A stretch of 64,000 nucleotides of DNA from Eledone cirrhosa (Eukaryota): positions 22,630,001 through 22,694,000 of the forward strand of contig OZ024743.1 of the NCBI GenBank assembly GCA_964016885.1, written 5' to 3'. Under the pieces are notes generated by a model, which saw only the letters and a program-made list of their open reading frames with translations, did not search any database and had not been told where the DNA came from. The translations under genes were made by a program, and so were the position numbers. Positions 28,310 to 42,889 of this stretch are shown piece after piece. How positions within the stretch are numbered: position 1 is the stretch's first letter; each line of letters begins with the position of its first letter.

Positions 28310-29174
28310 GATGTATATCTAAGTCACACACTTGCCCACGGGCATGAGCACACGCACGCGCACGTGTATGGCATTTCAGTCTCATCATAAAGGTATTTAG
28401 AAAACAATAAATTAATTGGTCATCATTGTCGTTTCTATTATTGTTGTAGTCAGGTTTTATAATAGGTCATTGTTGTCATCGTTGTCATCTTTATTCTTTT
28501 TGTTGTTCAGACCCATATTAACTCTAATGAAACAGTCGGGAACCATCATGTCTTTCTATATATTATCTACAATGGACACAAGCCTGGTTTGATTTAACAT
28601 ATAACAAAAATGAATTACATTCTTCTATATTTTTAATTCAATATTTCACAAACATTTCATTAAAAGCATTCCATCACCTCTTTGAATTAATGCTTTAACA
28701 AGATTGTTTAACGTAAAGCAAAGCTATTCTAGGTTGCTATTGCTATTAACAAATTTCTATACTTAATATTAAAAAAAAGTATTTTGCATGATTTGGCAGC
28801 ATTTCAATTGAAAAACTATTATGTTACTGCAAGATTTAAATTTACCGGAATGGTTTCACGAATGTATATGGCAAAATTGATAAAATACTATGTCAAGAAT
28901 TTATATAGACTATTTACCATCTGAAATATCTTAATCTCTTGAATTTTTAAACAGAGTATTTTTAACTTAAACCACTAAGATTGAATATTTATACATGTAA
29001 GCTATACAGTGATTTAAACTATTTATTGGGAAGATACACATGAAATAATCCCCAAGTTTACTTACTACCCTAAATGTTTTCTACTCGTGTCCGAAGTCAT
29101 GTAATGTCGTTGTATCTCACTACGTAATCATATTGTCGTTACTGAAAGCATTTAAAAGCATTTGAAACCTTTGC

Positions 29175-29292
29175 TGGTGGATTGGCTGTATCGGTAGAGG
29201 GTCGGACGCCATGCTTACGGGGTCGATAAAATAAAGTACCAGTAATGCACTGAGTAATTGCTGGCTTTGTGCCTAACGTAGAAACAATTATT
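29175..29292 (+). mobile_element. Internally deleted SINE
   Basis: SINE head fused directly to TTACGGGGTCGATAAAATAAAGTACCAG. Confidence 0.8.
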
Positions 29293-30367
29293 AATTTTAT
29301 ATATTTGTAACAATGAATGGCAACCACGAAGGGAGTGAATTCATTTTATTACACCTGTAAAACTCTGCATAAATTCCGTGAACAATGTTATCACTGTTCT
29401 CTCTTAATGTGTGACCTTTTAACTGATTAAAGTGGTAAACATGAGTTCCTTGGGATATTTTTTATTAATATATATTTATATTAGGTATTCATCACAGCGT
29501 TAATAACGAGATCTGAAATGTCAAATCTACATCTCATTGATTGGCACCCTTGGAGCTCGGACAGCTGTGACTCGGTGGGTACTCTTAAACATTATTATTA
29601 TTAGTATTAGTATTAATATTAGTATTATTAATATTGATAATAAAGGAAAGGTAAAAAAACAAAACCAAGGCGAAACAAACTTAAACATAAAACAGAATTC
29701 TTCTGAAAGTTAAACTAGTGCAACTGGAGGTAAACATCAGAGACGTCACTACACAAATCTTCAGTCTCAGTGTCTAAATTAACTCCACTGATTTTACTGC
29801 TCAGTGAATGTGTTATGTGTACTGATATACCATGAGCAACTGTTTCAGAGATTCTTCACAGGGAATCCCGAAGGAATATCGGAAGTTAATAGTTTTCTAA
29901 TGTTCTGCGGAATGCTAGCTTAAGTAATTGTATGGCTACTGTATGTATGTATGTATGTATGTATGTATGTATGTATGTATGTATGTATGTATGTATGTAT
30001 TTATGTATGTATGTGTATGTATTTATGTATGTATCTATGTATGTATTTATGTATGTATGTGTCTGTGTATGCATGTATATACTTACACATTTATTTATTT
30101 ATGTAGGCAAGTATGTATGTGAGTGCATGTGTGTGTATGTGTATGCGTGTGTGTGTGTATGTCTGTGAAAATTTCTGTGATAAATTGAAATTTACTGTCT
30201 GAATAAATTTACATACACACGCACACACACACATTCAGGCACGCACGCACACATTCAGGCACGCACACATACACGTGTATACGCGTTTATACGCGTGTCT
30301 GTCTGCACTTGGCGTGTAGGAAGGCATGTAATTTAATATATTTGTACACATTCCCACACATACACAA

Positions 30368-30437
<70 letters not shown>

Positions 30438-30565
30438 CTATATCTATATATACTTAAACTGTCATATGTGAGATATTTATTCATGGGGTGTTTATATTTA
30501 TAAGTGACATTGTCTGGTTCTTCTCTCGCACGTACACACAGGTACGCACACACACACACATATAC

Positions 30566-30640
<75 letters not shown>

Positions 30641-31522
30641 GAGATAGAGAGAGAGAGAGTGAGAGAGAGAGAGAGAGAGGGGGAGAGAGAGAGAGAGAGA
30701 GAGAGAGATAATCACACGCATATATCCTTCGTTAGCCGAGAAGATGTTTTATTTTGTGGAAGATCTTTGCCGCAGATTTATTCTGTAAATAATTTTGCGA
30801 ACACAATATATAAACGTTATGACGAACGAAAATAATATATTTCTAGCATTGGTAGAAGACAAGTAATTTGGGGAATGGGAAAACCAATTTGAATTCAGAA
30901 CGTAGATAGTCGTAACTAAATATCGCGAAGAATATAGTCTGTCGCTCTAGCAGTGTTGCCAATACACCAAACTTATGATGAAAATAATGCTGAATGCTAC
31001 AGCAGAGAGAATATGTAAAGTTTTATTCAAATGAGCTTCAGATGCATCACTTTTCTATTGATCTTGGGCCTATTTTGTATGAAGAACACTGAATATAAAT
31101 GTTAGCACTTGATTCTATTGCCCTATTAAGAAGGACTAAAGCAGACATAAGCAAACTTTTCTGAGCAATGGGCTGCATGGGATATGGCTAATCATAAGGT
31201 ATTGTTTCGTTAATCATAGCATTCAGAAAGTCCCAGTTTGCTCAGGGTTGGCCCTATTATATGTAAGTCTATATATGCTAAATATGTAAATGTTGCTGGT
31301 AATATTGTGATTGTTTTCTGATATGTGGTGGCAGGGATTGTGTTTAGGGCATTCGCCGGCCTTCCAGGATATGACATACGGGCTAATAAAGAGAGGCAAC
31401 TGAACACCACATAGCATGCTGTTTGACTGCTTACTGATTGTATAGCAATCGGGCCACGTCTATCGATGTTTTAGATGTTGACCGCTCCAGAGATACATTT
31501 GAGTTTGAGCTTAAAAATAATA

Positions 31523-31683
<161 letters not shown>

Positions 31684-31757
31684 TTAGTGCTTTGTGATTA
31701 CTGCAAACAACTCAAATAGTACCTGCTATATGGCAGATACAACTTCAATTTATACCC

Positions 31758-31813
<56 letters not shown>

Positions 31814-32357
31814 ATACATTGTACAGTCGTTTCACAGTTATTCATTATTATGCTGGTCTTGATATTACTCTGTTAAACTTACACTCAAGAACAAATGCTG
31901 TGAGTCTCATATTCTAAAAAGCACTTCACGTTGACATTTAAGCAGTCTCTCGATTATTTCAAGCTGTTGGTAAACAACACGGAAAAACAGTTTGCATTCA
32001 ATTTGTCGTAAGATCTAACAAGTTTGATCAATTGCATTTATTTAGTACAGTGACTTTTCATTTCGAAATACGAACTGCTTGTCAACCAAATTAGAAGATA
32101 ATCATCTTGGAAACAGTTGTCTTTGAATCAGTAGTCGAGAATCAGCATGCAGGAGTTCTAACGAAAAAAACATTTAACCTAATAACAAACGTTTTGATGA
32201 TCCAAAACGGAGAAAGCAGGCTTTTCTAACATCAATTTTTGTACATGTTATGAAGATCCTTTTTATATACATATCAGGTGCGCTTTTCAAATCCCTTTTT
32301 TTATTTTTCTTATATAACGGGATCTGTATAGAACGTTTTCTAACGTCTACACTTTTT

Positions 32358-32396
<39 letters not shown>

Positions 32397-32404
32397 ACAC
32401 ACAT

Positions 32405-32506
<102 letters not shown>

Positions 32507-33390
32507 TCATACATGAGCGTGTAAGCACTCGGTAGCAACGACGAATTGTTACTGAATATCTTTCACAAGGAATTTGTTTCAAGTAGATTGAGTTTATGTA
32601 GAACATACCCCATCTCTCATTTTAATTACATGACACGAAATGAAGTGCAGTGTTCCACGTATTAGACACAAAAAGAGGCATGTAATGTTAGGTAGCGATG
32701 CATACATATTAATACTGCTCTAAATAAACGTTGCGTAATAATATCAATATATACGCCTAAGTGAATCGCTGATACAACCGTTTTCTCACCGAGCCATTGC
32801 CAGATAATATCATCGATACTATTGTGTATTGAGAAATATATATATATATATATGAGAAAAATATGGGGAGAAGAATACTGCATGGTTGCACATGGATTAC
32901 ATGTTATAAAATGAGTCCCTCATCAGTGATTTGCCAACGATCATTGGTATTTCATCGCATTAAAAATCATATACCTCACGTTGGTGCGACAATAACTAAA
33001 ATAAGTTATTAGGACAATTGAAACGCGTAAAGCGAGTGAGACAAGTAAACAACACAGGGGAAAGCTAACCGAAGATAGAAAGAAACACAAGCAACATGGT
33101 TATTCTGTCAGTATAAGCTGGGTGAATACATGTGCGAGAGAGAAACAGACCTTCCGCTAGTGAATCCGATGTAAGAAAGAAGGAAAATCGGGTTCGTAGC
33201 GGACGGGGGGAAGTGAGAACGGGAGAAACAGAGAGTGAGTGAGTGGAAGTGCGAGGAAGAGGTCAGTAGAGAGAAAGTGTTAACTGACATGACAGAGGGG
33301 ACGAAAGAAAGTAAGAGAAACAGAGAGAACGAGGGAGCAGTAAGAGAGAAAGAGAGAAACACAGAATCGCAGTTTAGGTAAATATATGTG

Positions 33391-33431
<41 letters not shown>

Positions 33432-33434
<3 letters not shown>

Positions 33435-33606
33435 ATGTTTGACCCCGATGGCAGAGTCAAGCCGTTTCGAGTCCAGAAATAGCCGTCGAAACGGCTTGAG
33501 CTCTGCCGTTGGGGTCAAACATTTTCCTATTTTCCTATTACCCACTCTACTACCCTAAGTATTGAGTACTCTGGTGCGTTATGGTCCATCTGGTTCCTTA
33601 CCACAC
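33432..33606. repeat. Fold-back repeat in (TA)n; related copy at 23933-24060
   Basis: AAAATGTTTGACCCC..GGCAGAG.TCAAGCCGTTTCG and its reverse complement; shared tail ACCCACTCTACTACCCTAA.TAT.GAGTACTCTGGT. Confidence 0.75.
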
Positions 33607-33615
33607 TTCCTTCGT

Positions 33616-33659
<44 letters not shown>

Positions 33660-34699
33660 GCGGAGGGATATGTGTGTTTTACATGTATATATATGTACTT
33701 ACATACACAAACACCCACGCATACACAAACTTGAAAAACAAACTAGTAGTGTTAGTAGTCATGATATTATCCACGTATATCTCCGACCTATAATTTTTCT
33801 TGGTATGGAAATTACTACTATTTTCCCCACAATATACGTCACTATATTCTGCTTCAACTCATGTTTCACTCCAATCTAAAGTGTGTTCCGCTTGATATCT
33901 TACTTTCTTATCATTTTTATTTTAAGACTCTCGCTCTCCTCCACTCTTTCTATGGATATGTCGTTGTCTTTGTTCTTTTTTATTTATTTCTCAACTATGC
34001 CATATATCAGGGTCTTCGTTTTCTCGGACAAACGAAATATTTTTACCAGCGAATTTAAGTATGTTTAGTTCAGTTTTTTTTCCTTTTTTTTGTGGCCTTT
34101 TCAGAGCCTCTGGGTTTGTGGGAGGAAGGTAAAAAGTTATTCTTGGACTATAGACCACAATCAGTATGATTGTTATTTAGTGGATTCCACTAAAGGTACA
34201 TAAGGGAATAGTGGTCATTTTCAATCGAGCTACCTTCAAACGATCTTCATTTGTGGCCATTACATCTTTGGTGTAATACATAAAAGTTACATTATATAAT
34301 GTCTCTCTTCCGGGCGTGGCATTATGTGAGGAAGATTTGGATGCTAAATTTAGCAGGTCAATTGACTACTTTGACTCTAAAATTATTTTTTACATGAGTA
34401 GACATTTGACCTCAAAATCTTGGCAGCGATTACAAGTCTTGATGTGCAGCGTTCTTATCTCGGAAACGAAATACACTCGCTTTACTTAGCTCTAAAATTT
34501 GTACTTTATATAAATTCTTAAATTTCGCACTATAGTTCATGATTTGAAAATTATATAAGGGAAGAAAATTCGATTTCCTGACGAACAAATCATTTTGATG
34601 AAAATTTAACTGCCTTAATTGAAGTGAATTGGCTTGAAATAGGAATAAGCTCCAACTCACAAACTCAACCTACGTGAAACTTATATCTTAACCTGTTTA

Positions 34700-35040
34700 A
34701 GGGATGATTGCAAACGAATTTCAATTTTATCCAGTTGCGTTCAATGGGAACATAGACTTGTAAACTTTGGTTAATTTGCAGTGTTTGTGTATAGAGTGAT
34801 TTCTAATACAATTGAAGAGTTTGTTGAACTAAATTCCATGAAGGATATGGGTACAGGAGCAAACGTTTATGAATATTTCTTGAAAATTATATCAGAAATT
34901 AATTGACGTTAATCGGCATTATATCTTATGAAGCTCTAACACTGAGAGCACAAAAAATATTCTATAATTGAATTGTTGTAAGGGGAAACGGGAAATGATA
35001 GAAATTGCACAGAAACTTGTTAAAATTCATTGTCATGTCT
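34700..35040 (+). pseudogene. Decayed hAT (Charlie/SPIN/GTF2IRD2-like) transposase fragment
   Basis: FAVFVYRVISNTIEEFVELNSMKDMGTGANVYE resembles LAIFIRGV...EELL..VPM..T.G..IF; downstream VKIHCH resembles IHCxxH; contains stops. Confidence 0.55.
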
Positions 35041-37456
35041 TTGAAATTAAAGAATGTTATGATCACTGGTGTGAAGACAATGAATCTAATCATATCTTAT
35101 GAGTTAAAGAATAACCTGTTTCAGCAGTTTTATTTGATAGTTTCATATGGGAAAGAATGTTTGCATTTCACGAAGAAATAGCAATATTCTTGGGAAACAA
35201 AATTATAAGTATTTTACATTTTCTTAATCTTGAATAGCTTGCAATCTGTCAATTCCTTTGGACATTACATCGACCTTTCTTCTAAGCCATACATTCACTT
35301 CCAATGAAAATGGAAAGCAGAGTAAGAACTCAGCTCAAGGGATTTCTACTATATATGTTAGGCCGGTCCCATCTCTTCAGCTACACAACGAAACTTAGTT
35401 TGCCAAACAAAAATAAACTAAAAATGTAAAACATCTTGCCATAGTTTAGGGTTTCATAATTACTAAGTTATTAGTACATTAAAATAGAGCAAACGTCTCG
35501 TGTAACAGCATCGAAATAACATAAAACACTGTTGACGGCTGTGCAATGAATTATTATAAATTATTATCCTTTTTATATTGCAGCAACTACATTATGACCT
35601 GGTAAGTATAAAGCGCGTATGTATATAGCTAATATTCGTACTTTTATAGTTCACGTCCTCTTTTCATCTTAAAAAAAAATATAAGGTGTATAATTGACGA
35701 AGGTATTCCATAAAGCCACTGATGCGTTTATTCATTAATTTTCTTATGATAGCTTTGACACATAGCTAGTGTAAGTAAGTGCTATGAAGAGCAGGCGTAG
35801 GTAAGGGGATACTAAATATTTTGCCATAATTAATTACGTTCTTCTACGTTTCGCATTCAGAATCTATTGAGATAGAATTCGCCTTTCATCATTTCAAGGT
35901 CGATAAACTAACTATCAATTGCTGTTGTAGTAGTTTTTAACCCCTGATTATTTCTAACTCTGAATATCTAGTATAAAGGCGCTCCAGCCATGACTATCCG
36001 ATCTAATTCTCAGGCACTATGTACCCTGGATGGCACTGTCTAATGTTATATTTTTTAAGATGGTAGGGTGTGACATTAGTGAAATTGGTAGCTATTTCTA
36101 GCAGGTAGTGACCACAAAGAGGATGCTTAGTTTAATACTGAAGTAAAGTTAACCAACTAAACTCTACCCCACCCAAATTGTGTGAAAAGGTGCCAATGTT
36201 AAAAACAATTTTTAAACATAGTTCCGAGGTGGTTCTCAGAGGACACAGGGAGGACAACTTTTGTAACAGCCTTGGATCAAATACAGAGGTGAGTAAAATT
36301 TGTTAGATAAAATCTGTGAGAAAACCCGCTGGAGAGATCATTTCGCTTTGGCGAATAGTCAACTTAATCCATTGTTCGATTTAACACCACTACCAGGCCC
36401 CTGGATTCTTTTAGCAGAGGGTACTGTATAACAAGCATTCATTTCACCAGATCTGAAACTCCGATCAGGGTTATGGATGACACATTTCTTCCTGTGAATA
36501 TGCCATTAAAAATGGAACGAATAAATAGTGATTTTGTAGCCTGTCTGGTTGTGATAGGAATCTCGTCTTTATGTATCAATTTCTTTTTACAATAATTCAA
36601 TTTGTTTTGTAAATCTAATTTTGTTTAACAATTTTGGATTATTTGAAATAGAGTTCGTATACTTAGGTAAAACCTCAGATTTTAAGGACATTTTACACAT
36701 TTTGTATATACTGTATTTATTGTTATTATTGTATTGTTCTATTGGCAGAATCGGTAAAGGAATGTCAACTTTTATCCTTCCCTGGTTGATGAATATAAAT
36801 GTCTTCGTTGTGGAAAAATCCAATGTGGCGGAGAAGGTAATATGGTGTCATGATCTGTCACCTGTTTTTGGTGTACTGAAAAATACAGGTGTTGCAGCTT
36901 TTTTACTGTAATCAGAGCAAGAATTGTCTAAATCTAGATTCATCGGCTTAAGAAACTGTAAGCTGAAATTATTTAATTTAGAAGAATACGGCATAATTAG
37001 GAAAAGGGGTGCACATTCTAGAGCTAACTTAGGGCGCTAAATATTCAGGCACCGGCTGTGAGATATGACAGTCGCATCAGTAATGGCAATGATAGTAGTA
37101 CTGGTATCTATTATAGAGATAAAAATGGTGGTTTTACTGGTGGTCTGAGTATCATTTGTGAGCAGATGGATAGATTCATGACCGAAGGAACATCTTGCTA
37201 TAGCTTTTAATCTTAGATTAGGTAACAAGATCTGCGTTAACGCGGCAAAGAGGTTGAATGATGATGCACGGATGATAAGAGAGCCAAACTCAATAAATAA
37301 ATAAATAAACAAATAGATAAAGAAATAAAAGACATATTTTCCAAATATCGAGGTCATTCGAGATATTTGTTTACTGATGTAAAAAAATCTTGGGAAAAAC
37401 AATTCATTGCGTGTACGTCTGTCTCAATCTGTTCCTGTGTATTTGTTTGTATATGC

Positions 37457-37517
<61 letters not shown>

Positions 37518-37524
<7 letters not shown>

Positions 37525-37770
37525 TAAAAACAATGAAATAAACACAAAGAACAAGTTCTTTATATTAAAAAATTCATCATTTTACGATCGTTTCTGGGAT
37601 GTATATGTATGTTGGTATGCATATCATATAGATCTATGTAAAAATATTACAAATTATCAGAGGAAATATACATACCTTCACATATACGTCCTCAGAAATG
37701 ATCGTAAAATCATGAATTTTTTAATATAAAGAACTTGTTCTTTGTGTTTATTTCATTGTTTTTATTAATT
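37518..37770. repeat. Fold-back element with ~85-bp arms
   Basis: AATTAATAAAAACAATGAAATAAACACAAAGAACAAGTTCTTTATATT and its reverse complement ending at 37770. Confidence 0.85.
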
Positions 37771-37908
37771 TATCTAGACTCTGTTTTCTTATGATTCTTA
37801 TCGTAAATTTTTGAATGTATCTTCTCTTTTCATGATATCTTCTATATTTGGATTACATTGAGTTCTTCATACGGATTGGACACTACCGTATATTTTGGTA
37901 GACTTATC

Positions 37909-37954
<46 letters not shown>

Positions 37955-37961
<7 letters not shown>

Positions 37962-38000
37962 ATACGTACATACATATATGTATACAGACGTACAGTAGCA

Positions 38001-38038
<38 letters not shown>

Positions 38039-38431
38039 CAGGTACACATACATATATGCACGTCTCAGTACTAAGAGTGAGAAATGAAATTTCGTTTTCA
38101 TTTTTTTTTCAACTCATCGTTTTCGGTATGCCTGACCGACTTAGCTCACTCGATATGCAAATTAGGCTGCTCAGCCGTTAATTTTCATAAGGAAAGTATA
38201 TACTTTCGAACGTTCAACTATCTGGCAGATGGGTATACGATGCTGATGATAGCTAACAAGCTTGAAACTAGTACATCGTTCCTGTGTCAGTGTTGAACAA
38301 AAAGGTGACGTGGTTGCCTTAACACCGTACGGCATAAAAATTCAGGCTGTTCAGTTTGTTTACAAACGAACAAAGCGGCGTTATAATAAGCGTCTGCTAA
38401 ACTGATACGTGCATATATGTATGTGTACCTG

Positions 38432-38507
<76 letters not shown>

Positions 38508-38620
38508 TGCTACTGTACGTCTGTATACATATATGTATGTACGTATACACACATACTTACATTTAAGTAAGTGCCGTACTAAGAGTGAGAAATGAAATTT
38601 CGTTTTCATTTTTTTTCCAC
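37955..38620 (+). mobile_element. Hammerhead-bearing non-coding element Y, copy 1 (partial tandem plus inverted terminus)
   Basis: Direct repeat GTACTAAGAGTGAGAAATGAAATTTCG at 38068 and 38576; 37955-38063 is inverted at 38407-38552. A related fragment lies at 17830-17990. Confidence 0.75.
38237..38279 (+). ncRNA. Type I minimal hammerhead ribozyme
   Basis: ACGATG-CTGATGA-tAGCTaacaAGCTt-GAAA-CTAG-TA-CATCGT; palindromic stem III. Confidence 0.85.
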
Positions 38621-38634
38621 TTATATATATATAT

Positions 38635-39234
38635 ATATATCAAAGGTATATATTGAGTTAGAAACTCAAAATAGTCTCTTACAATAAAATAGCTCTAGGA
38701 AAGAGATTTTTCCGAGCCGTATATTATAATTGAATATAAAAGAAAGACAAACACAGATATATAGATATATGTGTTCAAATCGTAAGGGACCAGATTTGCT
38801 AAGGTGAAAAGAATACTAACTATAGACAATAGGGTTTGCCTGACTCAATTTAAGAATAAATCAAGAAAATAAATACAAACCGGAATTGTGGTAACTACCA
38901 ATCACCCAGACAGCTTTGGTAATGCTGTTTCGCAAAATTAATTGTGAATAGGAATGCCAATTCTTGCTCATCAGAGGGTGAAGAATTAGTATCCTAGACA
39001 CTTCTAAGTATATTAAAAAACTGAACAGTGTGCGTATATATAATAACGCACATGGTATCTGAAATTAGCGTGTCTCACAAACTTACACCACTATAAATAG
39101 CAGTCAAGTTTATTCGACATCTGAATTAGCTCAACAAATTAACGGAGCCGAATATATCAAAGGTATATATTGAGTTAGAAACTCAAAATAGTCTCTTACA
39201 ATAAAATAACTCTTGGAAAGAGATTTTTCCGAGC
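38635..39234 (-). mobile_element. Hammerhead-bearing non-coding element Z (517-nt unit with ~80-bp terminal direct repeat)
   Basis: CAAAGGTATATATTGAGTTAGAAACTC...CCGAGC at 38641 and 39158. Confidence 0.7.
38903..38980 (-). ncRNA. Type I hammerhead with full stem III and GUC site
   Basis: Minus strand: CACCCt-CTGATGA-GCAAGAATT...AATTTTGC-GAAA-CAGC-attaccaaa-GCTG-TC-tGGGTG; U-U mismatch at the base of stem I. Confidence 0.8.
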
Positions 39235-39832
39235 AGCCTAATTTGCATATCGAGTGAGTTAGTCGGCCGGGCGTACCGAAAACGATGTATGTATATACAT
39301 ACTACTGTACGTCTGTATACATATATGTATGTACGTATACATACTTATATTTAAATATCAGCCGTACTAAGAGTGAGAAATGAAATTTAATTTTTTCCAT
39401 TTATCGTTTTCGGAACGCCCGGCCGACTAACTCACTCGATATGCAAATTAGGCTGCTCAGCCGTTAATATGCATAAGGAAAGTATATACTTTGAAACGTT
39501 CAATCGACTGACAGGAAGGTATACGGTGCTGATGACAGCTAATAAGCTATAAACTCGTTCATCGTTCCTTTGTCAGTGCTCAACAAAAGGACAACGATGG
39601 TTGCCGAACACTGTACTGCTTAATTCGGGCTGTTTGTTTACAAACTAACCGAACATTATAATAAATGTTCGGTAAACCCATACGTACATACATATATATA
39701 TATATGTGTGCATGTATGTATGTATATACATACTACTGTACGTCAGTATACATGTATGTATGTACGTATACATACTTATATTTAAGTATCAGCCGCACTA
39801 AGAGTGAGAAATGAAATTTCATTTTTTCCATA
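39231..39832 (+). mobile_element. Element Y, copy 2 (431-nt unit; hammerhead 39523-39565 with mutated GAAA)
   Basis: CATACTACTGTACGT.. at 39298 and 39729; 39231-39286 is an inverted copy of about 39402-39459. Confidence 0.75.
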
Positions 39833-40099
39833 TGGAAAAAATGAAAATGAAAGTGTATATATATAAAAATGAAAGTGTATATATATATACACTTATACAT
39901 ATATATCAATGCTAGATAGACACACCTATAGCTATATATTGTTGCCACCCCTCATTTTTTCATATTATATCACAAGAGGATTGTCCTGTTACTATAACTA
40001 CCGTAACTGGTTTATATGTAACTTACCACGCCTTCCCCATACGCGAAAACTTGGTATTTTTATTATTATTGCCCCCCCCCCCCACACACACACACACAC

Positions 40100-40318
40100 C
40101 CAAGTGAGTAGATTTCAAGGGTTTCTCGTGAAGAAACTCTTGGAGTCTCCTCACCTTTGGGGAATTTGTTATGTTTATTTTTTTAATGTTTATTTTTCTT
40201 AATCTTTGTTATAAATTTTATTTTATATTAAAACAAATCCCACACTGTATCGTTCTGTACTGTCTTTAATGTCTCCTTAATGTGAGCCCTCTGTAGCTAT
40301 ATTTTTATTATCATTATT
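40100..40318 (+). mobile_element. Old 3'UTR fragment of a Tx1/L1-like family
   Basis: Similar to 46370-46560 (TTGGGGAATTT...CTGT..TTAATGTCT...) and ends in a TTA-rich tail. Confidence 0.6.
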
Positions 40319-40327
40319 GCTAGTAAG

Positions 40328-40570
40328 GGCGGTGGATTGGCAGTATCGGTAGAGGGTCGGACGCCATGCTTTGCAGCATAGAGTTACGGCTCTTTATGAT
40401 CTGAGCTCAAATCCCACCGAGGTTAACTTTGCCTTTCATCTTTATGGGGTCGATAAAATAAAGTACCAGTCACGCACTGGGGTCGATTTAATCGACTTTC
40501 CCCTCCCCCCAAATTACTGGTCTTGTGCCTATATAAGAAACCATTATTATTATTATTATTATTATTATTG
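40328..40570 (+). mobile_element. tRNA-derived SINE with (ATT)n tail
   Basis: GGCGGTGGATTGGCAGTATCGG...AGAAACC(ATT)n. Confidence 0.85.
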
Positions 40571-40749
40571 AATGCTATGGTTGACGGAGGCTCGGCTCTG
40601 TAAGGTATTGTAAATTTTGAACGCTATAACAATTGTAAATTGTTTAAAACTTTTACCAACTTGTAGACAAAAACACCATCCTCCTCGTGAGAGGGGTCTT
40701 TCTGTCCGTTATTTGGCCCTTCGGGGTCAAATAACTGCTTATTGGGGTT

Positions 40750-42506
40750 TTGAACATGGCTACGAAAAAGAATTTTCATAGGTCACTCCCACTCATTCCG
40801 TCTTCTTCTTCCTCAATCGTCACTACAGCAGAGAGAAGATTGTCTCTCTCCCTCCCTTCTTTAAATGTGTCTCTCTCCCTTCCTTCTCTTTCGCAAGCGA
40901 CGACAGAAAAGAAAAGTCTCGTGCAAAGCGTGCAAAATTTCTCCACGACGACAACGACGACGAAACAGGTGTGCGGGAAATACGAAAACCCATTTCATTC
41001 GTCTGACGTCAGGAATAATAGCAGTAGCAGCCGTAATAACAGCAGCAACAGTGACAAGGAAAACAACAGTAGCAGCCGCAACAGCATCAGCAGCAGCATA
41101 AACAACAACAGCATTAGCAGCAGCAACAACAACAACAACCACAGCAACAGCGGCGGCGGCAGTAGTCGTAGTACCTGCAGCAACAACAAAAGTAACAGCA
41201 ACTCTGACGACAACAACAACAACAGCAGCAAAGAAAAACCAATCTCGTTTGCAGGTATCGCGAAGAACCTGGAAACAATCCTCATAACAAATGAGGAATT
41301 AGAGGAAGCGAAGAAGATGGTGACAAAAACTGGACACCGAGCAATCTGCAAGGCAGCGGAAAAATCTTTCGAAACCCAACAGCACTGTACGGTCACGTAC
41401 CGTACAGTAAGTACAAAATCCTGTAGGGTGGAAAGAGCCACAGAGGCTCAAATACAAAAAGCCTTGGGGTCTGTGTGGCAGCGGAAAACGCACATCACCC
41501 GAGGCAAGAAATATGCCACCGTAGACGTACTTTTTGCCACACCCCAGGAGGCAAAGGCTCAATCCGTAGTGACCCTAAGGAGCGAGGAAATGGTGTTGGT
41601 GCCCTCCTGCTGCGGGCAAAAAATTGTGAGGTCAAACTGACCCACGTCCCTCCCAGGATGGCCCCTTCTTCGCAGGCCACGTCTGTCCTCATCGGAATCG
41701 AGGACAAAACAACTGTACTGCAAGTACAGAAAAAAGTAAGAGAAGATTGGGTCGGCACCTCCATTGAGATGTTAATCCAAACCAACCAGGAGTGCATCGA
41801 AGCTATCCCGGATGTGATAGACTTCGATAACGGCACTCAACTGCCCATAAGTGTTGAGGGCAAACGCCCGAAATGCTTTCGCTGTGGATCGAAGACTCAC
41901 CTCAGGGCCTTCTGCAACGAGAAGACCCTGAGAAAGGAGAAAACCCCCCTCCTTCCGAAACCGGCTCCACGGCTACCAGCAACAGGACAAGCGGCAACCA
42001 GGAACGATAGGTCCGTGGCACCCATACCCACGCCACGGAAATCAAAAACAGCAGCAGCAGTGGAAGTATTAACAACAACAACAACAGCAATACCAAATGC
42101 AGCTGCAACAGAGACTCCAGTGCAAACATCACCAATAACAACAAGTGAAAGAGTGGAGCTGGTACCCCTCCCCGACCTCACAAAATCAGACATGGAGTGT
42201 GAGGTGGGAGAGGGATGGCAAAAGGTCGTAAGAAGGCACAAACGCAGAAGCAGCGCATCGTCGCCTTTGAAAAGGGAGGAAAGAAATGAAAAAAGGGTAA
42301 AGTTTACTGCAAAGAGACTCACAGCAACAACACTACCAACACCATCACCACCCGCACTAGCACCACCATCACCACCGGCGACAACTCCACCGCCAACAAC
42401 ACCTTCAACACCACCACCACAAGCACCAACATCGCAAACACAACAACAGAACACACACACCCAGCAACAACGACAAGAAAATAGCAGAACCACACCCCAC
42501 CCCTGA
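40750..42506 (+). pseudogene. Tx1/L1 ORF1 (gag-like), frameshift near 41630
   Basis: Ser/Asn-rich N-terminus, KPISFAGIAK, CFRCGSKTHLRAFC (CX2CX4HX4C), Pro/Thr-rich tail. Confidence 0.85.
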
Positions 42507-42889
42507 AAAACAAATGCACGTCAATAAATACACGCAACAAGAAACTAATGACTTACATAATTGAACACACAGACATTTCACAACACGACTACATAATACC
42601 AGCACCAATCAAAATGCCAACTAACATAAGACTGCTAAAAATAGCACAGAAACAATACACAAACATTAAAACGAAATTCTCCAACGCAGTTGGCGATTTC
42701 AGAGACCTAGGAGGAACTATCAACCGAAGAGTATATTCGGACATACTCATAGAAGAGCCGACGACCAGCCGAAGGGACGATTCAACGGTCCCTTCACCAG
42801 ACGATCAAGTGAAAAGGGAGGAAAACCATCCCTCCTCTACGAAAAGTACGGTAAGTGGTCTTTCCCATCTTTTCCACTCTATTTCAAAC

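Noticed and set aside
36200-37000. Complex sequence that might be an exon or a viral or transposase relic
   Set aside because: All frames read are interrupted and no convincing motif series was found; part resembles a SINE fragment.
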